DNA of 63,979 nucleotides, filler included, from Basidiobolus ranarum (Eukaryota): NCBI GenBank assembly GCA_040143965.1. It is 4 parts of 4 records of this genome, joined end to end, with 100 filler letters (N's around TTAATTAATTAA, not from the genome) between each part and the next. Parts side by side here need not be neighbours in the genome. Positions count along the whole stretch, not along the records: positions 32,370 to 48,409 come from JASJQH010007231.1; positions 48,510 to 63,979 come from JASJQH010007252.1; 2 more parts are not named here. One strand, 5' to 3'. Shown piece by piece: positions 40,001 to 51,658 of this stretch (position 1 is its first letter; each line of letters starts with the position of its first letter). The notes under the pieces were generated by a model. It saw only the letters and a program-made list of their open reading frames with translations, ran no database searches and was not told where the DNA came from. The position numbers and the translations under genes were made by a program.

Positions 40001-41010
40001 GCCTGATAATAAAATGTACTGCATTTGAAGGATTAATATTTGTATGGCTTGGGCTGAGATAGAATCACTCACTTAAAGTCACTATAATTGCCAGGGCCAT
40101 AATCGCTGGTATTTCTGTGTAACTGAGATATACACCCAGCAAGGATTGATAATTGATCACCGTTATCATTCCCAATGACGCGAATCTCCAAACCAACTTT
40201 GGCCGCTGAAGGCTCTAATGCTATTTCAGTAACAGGCATATACTTGATTTTCGATGGATCAAAACGAAGGAAACTGAGATAAAAAACACGTTAAATGTGG
40301 GAGCAAGCTATGATTACCTTACCAGTAAGGCTTGCGACTTACCCAAAATCATGCACCGGATCTCTAATAGAAAAAATAACAAGGTTAAAATCTGGTCAAT
40401 TGAGAAAGAATTTACTAAAGAATAAACTCGAACCGATAAACGGGAAACACGTCAACCTCCTCTAAATCATGAAAAATCGCCTCTCCAACAAATGGACCTG
40501 AAGAAACTACGTGTCTACTCGTCAGATTAGTTTTGACTTCAGTGAAATTTTGCGGGTATAGACACTACAAATACCTATTTGTCAATATCAAGCCACGTTT
40601 GGCATCTACAACAAAGCCTGTTGCTTGAGAGTTTAAAGGCTCTAAAAAGAAAGGATTCAAATCTCAGAAAAGAATAACAATACTCCTTGATCTCTGATAA
40701 GTCTAACCTTCAGTATCAAAAAACTCGACTAAGCTAAATTTGATAGATACTACAGACTTTATCCTTTCCTCAATGGTCTTCTGCCATTTAGGTTGTTGTA
40801 GACTAGGTAAAGAAGATAGCGCAAGAGCGAAAAAATCGTTGGAGAAATTCAAACTCGTATCCTCAACTTTCTTGGTTGAAGCGGGAAGAGTTCGGCTACG
40901 TGGGATGCTACCGAATCTTTTTGCGGAAGGAATTGGATCGGGCATTCTACCTTATCTCCAGAAGGTTTATTGATGGAATTTATGTTATTGCTTCCTATAG
41001 CTGAGGCCAT
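37007..41010 (-). CDS. NMA111: Pro-apoptotic HtrA-like serine protease with tandem protease/PDZ modules
   Basis: [45 protein letters not shown]; many introns; stop at 37007-37009. Confidence 0.92.
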
Positions 41011-42020
41011 AGAAAGTTTGGTAACGAATTGAAAGAGACAACTAAGTAGTAGAAAAGAAATATATAAATCTTTGGCGAGGTTGGGTTGCACAAATCAGGC
41101 TTCTCTATATGCTTCAACTCGAGTAGAATGTTGATAACCTCCTGTCAACCGTAATGGGACTACGTTTTTACAAGTTTGGAAAATCGCCCTGGTGATGGAA
41201 TCATAGAAATTACTAATGGTATTTGATAACCCTAATCCTACTATTTACTTCAGCGTGTTTAATCCTATCTATGCCATCAGTATTTCCTCATATTATTAAG
41301 CTTGTCGAACACAGGTAATAATACAGGATTTCCATAATTTAATAGACTTATTTAGTAAAAGGAGGTATTTCGCATAAGCAGCTCTATTTAGTCAATCTCA
41401 AAGTGCACCAATTGTATATCCATGCATGTATCTGTACCAAGCACACCATCTAATATAATGAACATTAAGGCGCATCATATAAAGCGCAAACTTTAAGAGT
41501 GAGGTCTTCTAGGTTCGACGTGTCCATTCAAGAATATTCGGTAGATTTAGTTGAGTATAAGGTATTTTCAGCAACCTATTGATAGGTATGGCGTAACCAA
41601 ATAGAAATAGCTAGGCGGAGTATGAATACTTTGATTGGAGATTGCTTTCCAATCGCAATATTTCCAACGTGCAACTCGATAACGGCGATCGGGTCAGTAA
41701 ACACGATAAGTAAACCGAGATATTATTTTTCTGAAAGTGGAATTTGTTCCTAAATTAGGTCGTGTATTACTGAGAGAGAACTCCAAATATGGTCAGCAAA
41801 TATTAAAAACTACGAAAACGTTAATATAATGAATATGAGTGGCATCCACCAATATACAATCTTACCAGAATAAACCGTTAACGGTAATACCACGGTGGTA
41901 CAACCTGAGAAAAATCCTTCAATTTCTCTTAAATAACGCTACGTCTTGCAGCTACGATGGACTCGTCTTTAACCCTCTATCCTCTCTAAACCATCCTTTG
42001 TGAATACCCGGCAACGTAAA

Positions 42021-42815
42021 ATGACTAAAATTTGGAGCTGGAGAGTCCCGCTACTTGTACTATTACTTAATTTAACATGTTCTATTCAAGGACAAAGTAC
42101 TGCTAATACCACTGAATCGTGCGTTTATCGAGAAGGTGCTTCCAAGAGTACCTGTAAGAATGAAATGTACACGTGTGACAAAGACACTAGAACATGTATA
42201 CTGAAGGGATGCAAATATGACTTGGACGATACTAAATCAGAACATTTGCCATTATGCCAGGATGATTACTACTGTCCTTATGATCAAACTAAATGTCAGC
42301 CAAAAATTGCTACAGGAGACCAATGCTCGTTAAAAAATGGAGATGTTTGTCAGGGAGACTTTGTTATGTGCTTCCAAGGAAGCTGTTCATCCAGAAATGC
42401 TTCTCTCGGTGCCGCTTGTGAGATCGACAAACTGTCGAGTTATGTCTATGATAACTGCCTGACAAACACTTATTGCTCTGATGATAAGATATGCGTAGCT
42501 TCATTATCTTCTGGTGAAACATGCTCGAGTAACCGTCAATGCCAGTCAACTGATTGTTTTGAGGGAAGATGCCGAGTGAACCATGATCAAGAGCTCTATC
42601 ACTCTCTTCCAGTGTGGGTGTACATCGTCATTGGCGTGGGCTGTTTCGTAGCTATCTTGACATGCGCTCTATTTATCTACTTCCGCCGTAGACGCCGTAT
42701 CAGAAATTACAAAAAGATGCTAACATTACCAGTAGCCACCTCGAGTAACCCAGGCTCAAATTCCAGCCTTTCCGAGATGTCTCAGGAAACCACAGAAATT
42801 GGAGCTCGCAGTTGA
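42021..42815 (+). CDS. Cys-rich type I membrane protein (signal peptide, >20 Cys ectodomain, single TM, RRRRR stop-transfer)
   Basis: Intronless ORF whose architecture is evident from the translation; ATG 42021. Confidence 0.8.
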   Translation: MTKIWSWRVPLLVLLLNLTCSIQGQSTANTTESCVYREGASKSTCKNEMYTCDKDTRTCILKGCKYDLDDTKSEHLPLCQDDYYCPYDQTKCQPKIATGDQCSLKNGDVCQGDFVMCFQGSCSSRNASLGAACEIDKLSSYVYDNCLTNTYCSDDKICVASLSSGETCSSNRQCQSTDCFEGRCRVNHDQELYHSLPVWVYIVIGVGCFVAILTCALFIYFRRRRRIRNYKKMLTLPVATSSNPGSNSSLSEMSQETTEIGARS

Positions 42816-43386
42816 AATTTTTCCAGTACCCTAACCCTAACTCTAATCTACAATGAATGTTTCATATAGACTTAATTCCTACACACATACACGCGCAATA
42901 ACCCCAAGATCAATTGAAGGCCGATAGTGCTTCCTTATCTAAGCATGTGCACTTCCCTTAAGAATAGTTCAAGCTGTATAATAAGAATTCAACCGCATAC
43001 TATTCGTCCTAAACTCCTGCCAATAAAATCACCATGATATTTCCAAGGTGAACGGATTGAATTGTTTGAATGAAACATCCCGTTTCTTTTTTCCGTAAAA
43101 TTCAATGTGTCCTCCTAAAACGGCACTACTTTCAATCGTGCGAATATTTCAATTATTATCTAAAATTTTGAAAATAGGCCATATATTCTCGATAAACTTC
43201 GTGAGAGTTCGGTATTTTTCCGAGGTTAAATATCTTAAAGTGCTTGTGTATTCCCACGGTTCGTAAAGGCCGATTGTGACGTGGGGGAATAGGCCGGTGA
43301 AACTAGGCTTTGGGGTAGTCGTAATTGAATAGATAAATATTGCCTCGTAGAGTCTACAGTTAACTGCTTTGTCAAGAACTCTTCTC

Positions 43387-44677
43387 ATGTCTACCATTCG
43401 TTCATTTCTCGCTCTTCGCAACACTGTGTCTAGGGTAAATATTATGTTATATTAGTGACTTTCTTAAGCTCAATACGAATTTTTAAACCAACCACTAACT
43501 TACCTATAGGCACACCTTCATACTTCTCGCGCTTTGAATGAAAGCGTCAAAGTCACCCCTAAGGAGGTAGTGTACCCCGTATTGGCATTAATTTTTATAC
43601 GTTTGTTGACAAACTCCTTTATGAAATAAACTTTAGCTAGGTATCTCGCGTGTAGGTATCCTAGGTGCTGGTCAAATGGGGGCCGGTATTGGATTAGTGG
43701 CTTCTCGTGCTGCCAAGGTTCCAGTTACCTTTGTTGACTCTAATCCCCTTCAGCTTGAGAAATCTAGCAAATTTTTGCGTAAGTTCTTCATACAAATATC
43801 TGAGAGAAATGATAAACTCAAGAATCCATGTATTTAGAGGGCCTATTGGACAAAGATATCACCAAGGGTAGACTCACCAATGATGAAAAAGAAGAGATTT
43901 TGAGTCGTTTGACTTGGTCGGAGAAATTTGATGACTTTAACTCGGCCAATTTTATCATTGAGGTGGGAATTCTTACGAACAAAACACTCCCCAGGACATT
44001 TATTAATTCTTTTTTGAAACTATTTAATAGGCAGTTTCGGAGAATGTTGATCTTAAACGTAAACTATTCGGAATGCTTTCTGAGGCTACCTCACCAGATA
44101 CCATTCTTGCTACCAATACTTCCAGTATAAGCATTACAAACATAGCTGCTGCCTCTACTAGACCCGAAAAGGTTGGATTCTTAGTTTATTTAGTGGATGT
44201 ACTTAGGCTGGTAGCGTTCTAACATGTATTTAGGTAATCGGTATGCACTTCATGAACCCAGTTCCAGTCATGAAGCTTGTCGAGATCATTCCCGGCCTTG
44301 CTACTGATGAAAAGACCCTCAAGACAACCTTGGGACTGTCACATGCCATGGGCAAGGTCACTACCACCAGTCAAGATGTCCCCGGATTCATTGCTAACAG
44401 ATTGCTCATGCCTTATATCAATGAGGCAGTCATCGCATTGGAGCAAGGAATCGCTACCAAAGAAGACATTGATACTACTATGAAGCTCGGCACCAACAAC
44501 CCAATGGGTCCACTCACTTTAGCTGATTTCATTGGACTTGATACTTGTTTGGCCATCATGCGTGTTCTTCATACCGAACTAGGTGACACTAAATATAGAC
44601 CTGCCGTACTTTTGAAGAAGTACGTCGATGCCGGTTGGTTGGGTAAAAAATCTGGACGTGGTTTCTACCAATACTAG
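43387..44677 (+). CDS. Mitochondrial 3-hydroxybutyryl/3-hydroxyacyl-CoA dehydrogenase
   Basis: [63 protein letters not shown]. Confidence 0.95.
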
Positions 44678-45252
44678 ATTAATCCATTTAATCCCTCATC
44701 CGTCGCACTTGCATTCAATACCCATACATTTCCAAATAAATGAAACTAAACTTTCCACAATATAATAATCAAATTGCCCATAATCTCTACCCAACTCAAA
44801 ACATTCATACTTCAGCTAAAATATAGTACACTGCTGATGAAGCGAACGTGACTGGTTAATGATATCAAAGCACGAAACCAAGCTAATATATTTTCCATTT
44901 GATTTGAACAAAGGGTGAGGCTAATGCTGGTTAGGTAAGTGATGAAAAATAGGTATTTACACAAACTTACAAATCCTAGAAATAGTGAAGTCAAGAACGA
45001 TAACATAAAACGAAGGGTTGGAGAGTGTCCAGTGACACTGTCAAATCCAAAGGGGGGGGGTACTAATCAAAGGCGCGAAATTAAACAACAAATATTGACG
45101 TGGAGAGTTGCTTGAAAAAGATGTGCTTGAGCCAGCTTGGTGATAATTGTAGTCATATAAAAGGATCTTGTAAGGGTGGAGAGAGTTAGGTGGTAAGGAT
45201 GTTTAGTTTAGAATATTCCAGTGTATAGTATCAGCTACAGATTATTGTAGGT

Positions 45253-46520
45253 TTATGGATTCCCCTCTCGAATTGGGAGCAATGGTGTATCTTCGCTAGG
45301 GCAAGTATCTTGTTTACAAATTGGACACTGAAAATATGGTGTTAGAATCCTACGATTGAAAGCTTAAGATATCACTTTCACTTACAAATTTCTTACGGGT
45401 GGTAAGCCAGGGATCTAGATGTCACAAAAATATCTCACAATTAGGCTGGGACTTAGAATAAAAGAAACATGACCGTTAATTACCGATGCATTCGATGTGA
45501 AATTCATGTTTACAAGGAAGAATACGTAATTCATCTTCGTCTATATAATCCTCTAGACAAATGACACATTCTTGAGGTTCATTGCCCTTTCTTTTCTCCT
45601 TATAAAACTTCTTTTTGGGCAAGTTGGAGATTACGCTCACCGGAGCAAGGTCCTGCTTCTGACGCTGTCTCTGGCGGAATCTCCATAAACCATAAATAAA
45701 GGTCATCATTATTGTAGGCGACAACAGTGTAACAATAATAACATCAAGCAGAGGCCTATTTGAATATCATATTAATACCAAACTATAGTATTTACTTGAG
45801 TATGCAGATATTACCAATCCAACATATCGTCTTTGATCAATCGAACCAACATAGGTTCATCAACAAACAATGAGAGAAATCGAATCTGTTCATACTGAGA
45901 CTGTGGAGTGAAGACGGAGGGGATCTTCACGTCAGAGGTATCTCCTAGAATAACGAACATTTATCTTGAGTCGCGGAACCATAATAGTCTAGTATAATTA
46001 GTTGACTTACCAGATGCATACATAGTTACCAAACTATCAAACTCAGAGTCACCTACAACCACAGCTATAGCTCCTGACTCCTGCATATTACGAACTTTTT
46101 CGATGAAAGAACATTTCCCTCTTTCAACTAAGGCTATCCAGTCTTTAATCGGCGGTGGAGAAATGACTTTACAAGCGTGTTTATGTTCAGGAGTAAGGGT
46201 CTCCAAAGGAACTAGGGTTCCATTAATACCTCTCTCAGTGAGTCGTGGGCCAAAGGCAGCAACCCGATCCTTGAAATAAATAAGAGCATTAGGTGATGAT
46301 CGAAAAAGATTTATGCTCAAATATAGCATACCTGATAAGTGTCATTTGTAGACTAAGTTTAGAAAGGGCGAATATTAAAATGTAAGTCATTACTCGAATA
46401 TGGAAAAAAATCCCACAATAAAAAAAGAGTTACCAAAACAATGATTGTGGCATTAACCCATGAAGTTAGTCCAAGTGAGATTCCTAATAGTAAAGAACTA
46501 TACAAACTCCACACTTTCAT
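45253..46520 (-). CDS. PA-TM-RING E3 ubiquitin ligase (RNF13/RMR-like)
   Basis: Signal peptide from ATG 46520; PA domain (AAFGP, IALVERGKCSFIEKVRNMQ); TM; RING-H2 CVICLEDY...LPCKHEFH..CIDPWL...CPIC. Confidence 0.9.
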
Positions 46521-47060
46521 TGAATACTTCACTATATAAGTGTAATTCTCTTTAAATGTGAGAAGGGTTGATTATAGGTAAAGAATGAAGCTCTTTAATA
46601 AGTAAAAGAGAAAAGGAGGTAACAACGAAGACAAATATTGGATAACGAGAGAACTAGGAAAGGTCAAGATAATAAGAGAAGCAAAATTACAATAAATTGA
46701 GCGGAGTCAAAGTACGTAATTTGAAGTTTACTCAAATAAAAAGGTAGTCAGAAAAAAGATAGGACAGAAAAAGGGATAAAGCTGACTGGGCTATCCAGAA
46801 ATAGCATCATAGGCTCACAGTGTTTAATCTAAAATGAGAGGAATTAAAAAATCAATGGGACGATGTCTATTTCAAATGTCTCCTAATTCACGCTGTAATC
46901 GACTGTGCCACTCCATACAGTCTGGCCAAATAGCCACCTTTCTATCGAGGATTATCATGTGAGCAACACCTAACCCTAACCCTACGATTGCACATCGAAA
47001 TTATCCGAAATTACCCGAAACGATCAACACCACAAGATCTTAGACGGCTTCAATGCTGTC

Positions 47061-48295
47061 ATGATACTTTTCATTTCCAGCCGACCAGTAGACATAGTAT
47101 CATTCCCAAACTTCTCTCGAGGATTCTTGGCAAGCCATTTGTCTGATCGTAGTTGATTAATGAAACTTGAGAGCTTCATTTTTCTAAAAGTTAACAAACT
47201 ACTGGTACGCCAGTCTTCTCCTGCAAGGTGATCTTCATTTGCTCTCATGACCGGAGTGACTTTGGCTTTTTCTTGAAGATACTTGGCTAACTTGTCTTTG
47301 TTGGCATTTGAAGATTTAAAATGTGATAGGGAACCCTCAGCTGTGATGACTTGGTCGGTCTTTAAGTTCGCTCTGAGCTTCCTAAATTTTCTGTATTTTA
47401 TTTCAATTGTTTTTTGGTTGCTTGTATATCGGTAAACCATTTTGTTTTCAGCAGTACTTTCTTCGTGCATACAGTACAGAAAACAGCGACGTCCAGGATC
47501 AATTAGCACACATTTGCCAACATCGGCCTTCAACTCTTCTCTTCCCAACTTCTCCACATACTGAAACTCTTTAACTTTGCACCACTGCCACCACTACCCT
47601 TCTTCATATCACAGTTTTGCTTTAACACCAACACACCTACACCATCTATATACATCATACCTCTAAACTTCATTGACTTCCTTTTTCCTTGTGGTTTCAT
47701 TGCCTTTTATGTGAGGTCAATAATGGTTTCCCAAGCTGCTTCTTTATCCAAGTGGCTGGTGATAGAATCCTCCAAGCTCTGAGTATTTAAAATATATGTA
47801 TCAATTGTCATGTAGGATGGTATGAAGCTCCTTCTTAACAGAAAGCCATTGAATGGCTTGTTTTGGAGAGCTTTGCATATGCCTGACAGTCTGGCATATG
47901 TCTTTATATGCTTGAGAGGGTTGCTTTTGTAGTCATAATAGATTGAATCTTTTGCAAATCAATAATCTGTCAAATACAAGCCAAAAAGACCATGGATCAT
48001 ATCCAAATCATTTGAGGAGAGAAATTCCCTAGATATTTCTTCAATATTTCTTGACCAAATAGCCAACTTGGCCTGCTTTATATGTTCTGTTATTGTCTTT
48101 ATGGCTACCCTAACCTCTTTCTCACTTCCCCCATTCTTCTTTATTTTGCTTTCTAGCACCTTGATTCTTTCACTCTTCTTCAAGAGCAAGTTAAGAATCA
48201 TGAATTGTCATGGCAGTCTCAATTTTGCCACTTTATAAGAAGCTATCTGATGAGCATACTTTGTGTTGACTGATTCATAAGAGCAACACTGAAAG
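47061..48295 (-). pseudogene. Decayed Fanzor1 (eukaryotic TnpB-like RuvC nuclease) gene
   Basis: Frameshifted segments in the expected order: YAHQIASY, SIYYDYKSNPLKH, F.LRRSFIPSYMTIDT.IL, KFRGMMYIDGVGV, FQYVEKL, GKCVLIDPGRR.FLYCMHE (RuvC-I), YRYT.NQ, FRKMKLSSFIN, KFG, WSAGNEKYH; contains stops and frameshifts; 3' RuvC-II/zinc finger/RuvC-III missing. Confidence 0.8.
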
Positions 48296-48409
48296 TGCTG
48301 AAATTAGCATTGCCTAAACACCTATATAGTCATATATAGCTTAGTACTTAGTTATCTTATAACTCTCTAAGATATTATCAATTATTCTCAATTGGAATTT
48401 ACTTGGAAT
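48296..48409 (+). mobile_element. 5' part of a ~350-bp TG...CA repeat (solo-LTR-like or MITE), interrupting the Fanzor ORF
   Basis: TGCTGAAATTAGCATTGCCTAAACACCTATATAGTCATATATAGCTTAGTA matches copies at 49224, 58262 and (reverse) 49004, 57430. Confidence 0.8.
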
Positions 48410-48509
48410 NNNNNNNNNNNNNNNNNNNNNNNNNNNNNNNNNNNNNNNNNNNNTTAATTAATTAANNNNNNNNNNNNNNNNNNNNNNNNNNNNNNNNNNN
48501 NNNNNNNNN
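48410..48509. other. Artificial contig linker
   Basis: N runs flanking TTAATTAATTAA. Confidence 0.97.
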
Positions 48510-49004
48510 AGTAGAAACTTGACATTTATAGTTTTGATAGAGTGCAAACAAGCTAATATATAGAGTGTGCTAAGGTGGGACCTAGAAGTATGTGTGCAAT
48601 TTATGGGATATCTAGTACAAGTTTGAAAAATATATAAATGATTATATTGGTATTAATATTAAAGTATTTGGGAGCCTCTTAGAAGTGGTTTGGAGAATTT
48701 AGAGAAATTGATGGTTTTCACTTATTGATTTATTGAGTAGAAAGTTGACATTTGTACCTTGTGAAGATGTAAGCAAGTTAGCACTTAGAGTATGTTAAGA
48801 AAGGTCTCAGAAACATGTGTGCAAAGTTTGGTGCTTCTAGCACAAGTCTGAAAAATCTATATATCTGAGAACATCCAAGTTGGTAAATATATTACAAGTA
48901 AATTCCAATTGAGAATAATGAGCAATATCTTAGTCAGATATAAGATAACTAAATACTAAGCTATATATGACTATATAGGTGCTTAGGCTATGCTAGTTTC
49001 AACA
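48510..49004 (-). mobile_element. Partial copy (48510-48650) plus full 348-bp copy (48657-49004) of the TG...CA repeat family
   Basis: Reverse-complement match to 58262-58555; ends TATTAAAGTA...TTTCAACA; flanks ATTAA/ATTCA (4/5 match, possible target-site duplication). Confidence 0.8.
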
Positions 49005-49223
49005 ATTCAGACTATGCTGATTTCAATAGAATTGTTGCTAAATTCTAATATTTAGTGTAAAAGCAACAATTTTCTAATACTGAAGTAAATGGCAGGCTGA
49101 TTTTGGTATGCCAAACAGAGAGAGCAACTTATGGTATTAGCTTCATTGTATAATAGAGTAAAAGGGCTAATAGCTCTAGAACTAGAGCCTGTTGCTGGAG
49201 TTGAGGCCAATCAAGCTCATCTC

Positions 49224-49560
49224 TTTTGAAATGAGCATAGCCTAAGCACCTCTGTAGTCATATATAGCTTAGTATCTAGCTATTTTACACTTCACCAAGA
49301 TATCACCCGCTATTCCAAACCAGAATTTACTTGGAATATTTTTACCAACTAAGAAGCTCTCAGATATATATATTCTTCAGACTTGTGCTAGAATCCCCCA
49401 AACCTTGCCAATATGTTTCTGGGACTTTTTCTAACTGATTCTACATGCTTGGTAGTTTTTATCACAATGAAGTATAAATGTCAACTTTCTATTCAATAAA
49501 TCCATCAGTAAAAATTACCAATTTCTCTTATTCTCCAAACCACTTCCAACAAGTACCCAG
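49224..49560 (+). mobile_element. Copy of the TG...CA repeat family, inverted relative to 48657-49004
   Basis: GCATAGCCTAAGCACCT.T.TAGTCATATATAGCTTAG head through the ACCAATTTCTC.TATTCTCCAAACCACTTCCAAC tail. Confidence 0.8.
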
Positions 49561-50129
49561 AATTTTTCAATAATTGCTATATTTTTTTGCCTCATAATAT
49601 TTACCCCATTAGAAATAGCATCTATATTGTGAGTTGAATAAAAGAAAACTCCAGTCTCTAATAATTCTGATAACTCTTCTTTATTAAGCTCTCCAAAATT
49701 ATTAAACGGGCTATTATTACTAATTATTACTATCTCATCATCTTTTAAAATTAAAGGCTTTGGCTTATTCTTCTCTATTTCTTCCTGAAAATAATTAACT
49801 ATGCTCTCCAAAGAAATCTTACTAATACTATTTTCTATGTTTTCTAATCTTTTAGATGTATTGTCTATCCTGTTATTTATAGACAATGTATTTGATGTAG
49901 GAAATACAGGAATAGAAAGATCTGGAAGTTCTAATGTTAAAGATTGAGACTCTTGCTGTATATCTTTTAGCTGAGAAAGATCAAAATCTTCCAATATAAT
50001 ATTAGATACTTCTTCTTTTTCTGTAGTTGATTTTGAAATAACAAAGAAGAGGGAGATTCATCCTCATCCCATTCTAGTTTAAGATTATATTTCTGATTGT
50101 TTTTAATAATATCCAAAAACTACTCATTC
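49561..50129 (-). pseudogene. AT-rich degenerate ORF of the virus-like island (unknown product), cut at its 3' end by the repeat
   Basis: ORF 49515-49994 (I/N/K/E-rich); its last ~15 codons are repeat-derived; a frameshifted 5' extension appears to reach an ATG near 50129. Confidence 0.45.
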
Positions 50130-50170
50130 TTATATTGTAAATCTTAAAAAAAATATCTTAAAGAAATATG

Positions 50171-50482
50171 TCAGTTTTCCAGCATTTGATTTATTTTATA
50201 TTTTTTAATATTGCATTTATTTGTTAATTTGTATTTTTTAATATCTATTAAAATTGGATATTTTTCATCATCATAACCTAACATATTATATTTTATTTTA
50301 ATTTTATTTATTCTTTTTATTTTCCACCTATCAAATATTATATCTTCCCTTTTTATCAAATTTATTCTTAAATATAACAATAAATTGTCAAGACTTTTGT
50401 GATAATTTTCCTCAGATATATAATAAGTTTTCTTTAGTTCAGAAATATAACTTTCAATCATCCAGTTTTCAATATAAGACAT
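50171..50482 (-). CDS. Small K/I/Y/N-rich intronless ORF of the virus-like island (MSYIENW...)
   Basis: Extremely AT-rich and divergent from the primase-like ORF across a ~115-bp AT spacer; no family recognised. Confidence 0.4.
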   Translation of the reverse strand: MSYIENWMIESYISELKKTYYISEENYHKSLDNLLLYLRINLIKREDIIFDRWKIKRINKIKIKYNMLGYDDEKYPILIDIKKYKLTNKCNIKKYKINQMLEN

Positions 50483-50597
50483 TTTTTTTAATAATAAACT
50501 TTTCCTATAAAAATTTATTTTTATATATTCAATAATAATATATATATAGTGAAATAGGAAAAATAATAAGAACACATATATATACATATACATAACT

Positions 50598-51020
50598 ATG
50601 TTTTTTCACGGTAAAAGATATTATTCAAGTCTTATTTCCAGTGGATTGTTAGATATAATAGATAAGAAATCTGATGCATTGGTACAATTTAGATCTGATA
50701 ATGGAAATTATTATTATATGTATTTTGAATCTTGGATTTCCTTTAAAATATGGTATTTTAATATTTCAAAAATAAAAAGAACATTTTCAGAAGTTATATT
50801 TGAACATGAGCAAAAATTCAAGTTAGATATAGATTGTCCTTATAGTTTATGGATTTTGGAGATGATAAATATAAACTATTTATTCCTATTATTCAACTTC
50901 TAAAAGAATTGTTATCAGAAGATATAGAAAGTTACTAACTCACTAAGTTCAACTATGAACATAAATTAGAAGGATTTTATAAACAAAAAGGAGATCAACA
51001 ATAATAATACAAGTAGATGA
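50598..51020 (+). pseudogene. Truncated archaeo-eukaryotic primase (AEP)-like gene of giant-virus type
   Basis: YMYFESWISF..WY......RTFSEVIFEHEQKFKLDID resembles the F.EVI....QK.K.DID motif I of NCLDV primase-helicases; frame breaks after ~90 aa with degenerate continuation to ~51020. Confidence 0.6.
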
Positions 51021-51658
51021 ATGACTTAATGGAGGTTAGCCTAAAATTGGCCTAATTATCACAAGTATTGACCATTATGTTCAAATATATGTGTTCAATA
51101 ACATCATATTGTCAATAGAGTAAATAAGTATATATCACAAATTTGCAACAATTGGAATATCATGGAAAATTTTTGGAACTTCAATACATAATTAGAATTC
51201 TCCAAATGCCAAAATCTCACCATGGATTTGGACATTTTTTATCAAGTCATTTAGTATTGTATTATATAAATAGAGTACCATTTCAAAACTTCAATATTAA
51301 GTGATAGTAGTCAGACTTAAAATTGAAATTATCCTGAAGGATATCCATTTGATATAATAGAAGGATTTGGAAAATATTAATCAATCCAAATACATCCTAA
51401 TCACATGGGATATTTCGAATTTTGAATGGTAATTAATGCACGAATAATTTTTAATGATATTGATTAAGTGATACAGTAAATATTGGCGATACCAAGGGAT
51501 TACAGGATGAATTTTTTCAGTGTCACAAGTCTGGAGTTAGTAAAGATGGTGGATTAATTAAATGCTTATGATGATTAATTATGATTAATTGGAATTTATT
51601 ATCGTCCGTTATGAATTATATATTACAAATGGCATTAGTAGGTATATGACTATTTTCT

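Noticed and set aside
46860-47060. Candidate Fanzor omegaRNA downstream of the ORF (small GACTGT...ACAGTC hairpin)
   Set aside because: The 3' third of the gene is deleted, so the element end is probably lost; one short hairpin is insufficient
16109-48509. The three TTAATTAATTAA palindromes within N runs as biological repeats
   Set aside because: They are identical artificial six-frame-stop linkers joining separate sequence pieces
47061-51020. Fanzor and the virus-like island as one integrated giant-virus segment
   Set aside because: They lie on opposite sides of an artificial linker and differ in base composition, so physical linkage cannot be claimed
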